Below are positions 53,909-55,178 of a stretch of DNA of 55,178 nucleotides, one piece after another. The stretch's first letter is position 1; each line of letters starts with the position of its first letter. A program made the position numbers and the translations under genes. The notes beneath the pieces were generated by a model. The model searched no databases. It was given only the letters and a program-made list of their open reading frames with translations, and was not told the origin of the DNA. The DNA comes from Podarcis pityusensis (lineage: Eukaryota): the NCBI GenBank assembly GCA_964106645.2, contig CAXKZF020000068.1; one strand, 5' to 3'.

Positions 53909-54805
53909 GTGCCCAAAGACAAGCGGATCTATATCAATCTGGCGGTGGATATGGACCGCAATCCGAAGTACATCAACCTCACAGACGGGCAGAAGTGGTT
54001 GATCGTGAAAGCCATCATGCACTGCCGTGAGTACCCCAACGACGGCAATCTGCCGCTGCCTGTGTGGGTGAAGATGGGAACAAAGCGCAACAGAATTTCG
54101 GTGGAATCTTGCGGAGCGATCACAATTTTTGAATCAAAAAATGTCGCGATTGTTCACGACTATGCCGAACATAATCAGACCATCGCGGAGATCGAAAAGT
54201 CTCGAAATGAGAAGATCGCCGCAGGTCAGAAGGGGGGCAAGGCCAGGGCAGCGAACCGGGCGCATGCCAACGAAACGCAAGCAGACGGGCTAGCAGCTGC
54301 TAAGCAGGACCTCAAGCAGAATCAAGCAGAGATAGAGATAGAGAAAGAGAAAGAACTACTTACTTACGTAAGTAGTTCACCTCACCTAAGAGACGCGCCG
54401 GCGAGACCGCGGGGAGTGCGAGACATCGCTGAGCATCTCAACGGGACAGCGCACTCCGCTGAGGCGCACATCATCGCAAGGGCCTACTCGGATTCCTGCC
54501 CGTCGCCAGTCCCAGGCGATTTGATTTCGAAGATCGCGCAAGCTGTCGACGGATGTCTCAAGTCGGGGGTGAGTCGTGAGCAGATCGAAGCAGGGATCCA
54601 GGACTGGGCCGCGTCACCGATGACAGCGGCGTCGATGATTCCCGGATTCGTTCACAAAGCTGCTAACCGACCTGCTGCACCATCTGACAGCGGAATCGGG
54701 AAGGCGACCAAGAAAGCGATGGGATGGGCCGACATGGGCAACCAGCTCGCCCAACGGCAAGCCGAAGGACTCAACTCGTCAACACCGAAAGGCATCACCG
54801 CATGA
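53909..54805 (+). CDS. Replication initiator (copy)
   Basis: Identical repeat copy. Confidence 0.7.
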   Translation: MPKDKRIYINLAVDMDRNPKYINLTDGQKWLIVKAIMHCREYPNDGNLPLPVWVKMGTKRNRISVESCGAITIFESKNVAIVHDYAEHNQTIAEIEKSRNEKIAAGQKGGKARAANRAHANETQADGLAAAKQDLKQNQAEIEIEKEKELLTYVSSSPHLRDAPARPRGVRDIAEHLNGTAHSAEAHIIARAYSDSCPSPVPGDLISKIAQAVDGCLKSGVSREQIEAGIQDWAASPMTAASMIPGFVHKAANRPAAPSDSGIGKATKKAMGWADMGNQLAQRQAEGLNSSTPKGITA

Positions 54806-55178
54806 ATCTGATCGAAGCGACACCTCAACAACTTTCGGACACTGGCTTGATCATCGGCCGAGCGGCATTGTTCGACAACCGATTCAGCGAAGCCGATATC
54901 GGGCGTGGAGGTGCGTGGGCGGAGGCTCTCGCCCCGTACAACCTCGAACTCCCGGATGCTCTCAATGCCGTGACTGTGCACTACCGCAACGAACCATTGC
55001 GGATGATCATGCCGGCGGACGTTATCCGGATTGCACGTGAGATTCGGATCGACCGGGCGCAGCGCGAACCTGCCGTGGATCGGGAGCTGCGGCAATTGCA
55101 GCACGACGTGAAGCACGGTTTGGTTCAGGGTGATGCGCAGCTGGGAGGCTTACCGATCGGCGGTGCAGACGGGAAACC
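54802..55178 (+). CDS. Helicase loader-like protein (partial copy, cut by window end)
   Basis: Identical to 15727-16103. Confidence 0.55.
   Translation, partial: MNLIEATPQQLSDTGLIIGRAALFDNRFSEADIGRGGAWAEALAPYNLELPDALNAVTVHYRNEPLRMIMPADVIRIAREIRIDRAQREPAVDRELRQLQHDVKHGLVQGDAQLGGLPIGGADGK

Larger units (their letters stand above)
39076..55178 (+). repeat. 16,103-bp direct repeat of 1-16103 (circular overlap or concatemer)
   Basis: tggttctccatcaaag occurs at 1 and 39076. The window end gacgggaaacc matches 16093-16103. All ORFs are identical at offset +39075. Confidence 0.98.

Noticed and set aside
39076-55178. Biological segmental duplication giving two integrases and two repressors
   Set aside because: The copies appear identical and the junction falls mid-gene in perfect register with a circular 39,075-bp genome.

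Overview
The window holds the complete genome of a temperate, long-tailed (sipho-type) actinobacteriophage. The host is probably in the Mycobacteriales (Rhodococcus/Gordonia-like); this is inference from the gene families and the attP core. The unit length is 39,075 bp, and 39076-55178 repeats 1-16103 (every ORF recurs at +39,075), so this is about 1.4 copies of a circular or concatemeric genome. No host DNA is present and attP is intact, so this is the extrachromosomal form. Gene order is: minor tail and lysis genes; a leftward HicA/HicB-like pair; attP (3' end of a tRNA-Ala); tyrosine integrase; a leftward DUF2510/DUF732 membrane protein, ImmA/IrrE-type metallopeptidase and Xre repressor; then cro, RecE/RecT, replication genes and many small early genes; terminases, portal, capsid, neck, tail and tape measure. 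Main observations: (1) The ImmA/IrrE protease gene has an exact PafBC (RecA-independent DNA-damage) promoter, TGTCGG-N10-TA-N3-T, 6 nt before its ATG, which suggests PafBC-triggered prophage induction. A separate LexA-like box points toward the TA pair. (2) A VUT/YhhQ preQ0/preQ1 transporter sits next to a minimal TGT/DpdA-like transglycosylase, a possible salvage-based 7-deazaguanine modification module. The transporter is fused in frame to RusA at what looks like a 1-nt-altered ATGA junction. (3) A candidate ~150-nt structured RNA follows the capsid genes. (4) Coupled Trp-rich micro-ORFs and a promoter-proximal terminator precede the late operon. (5) The tail assembly chaperone is duplicated, with an inverted Xre gene between the copies. 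All calls come from reading motifs by eye; no database searches were run.
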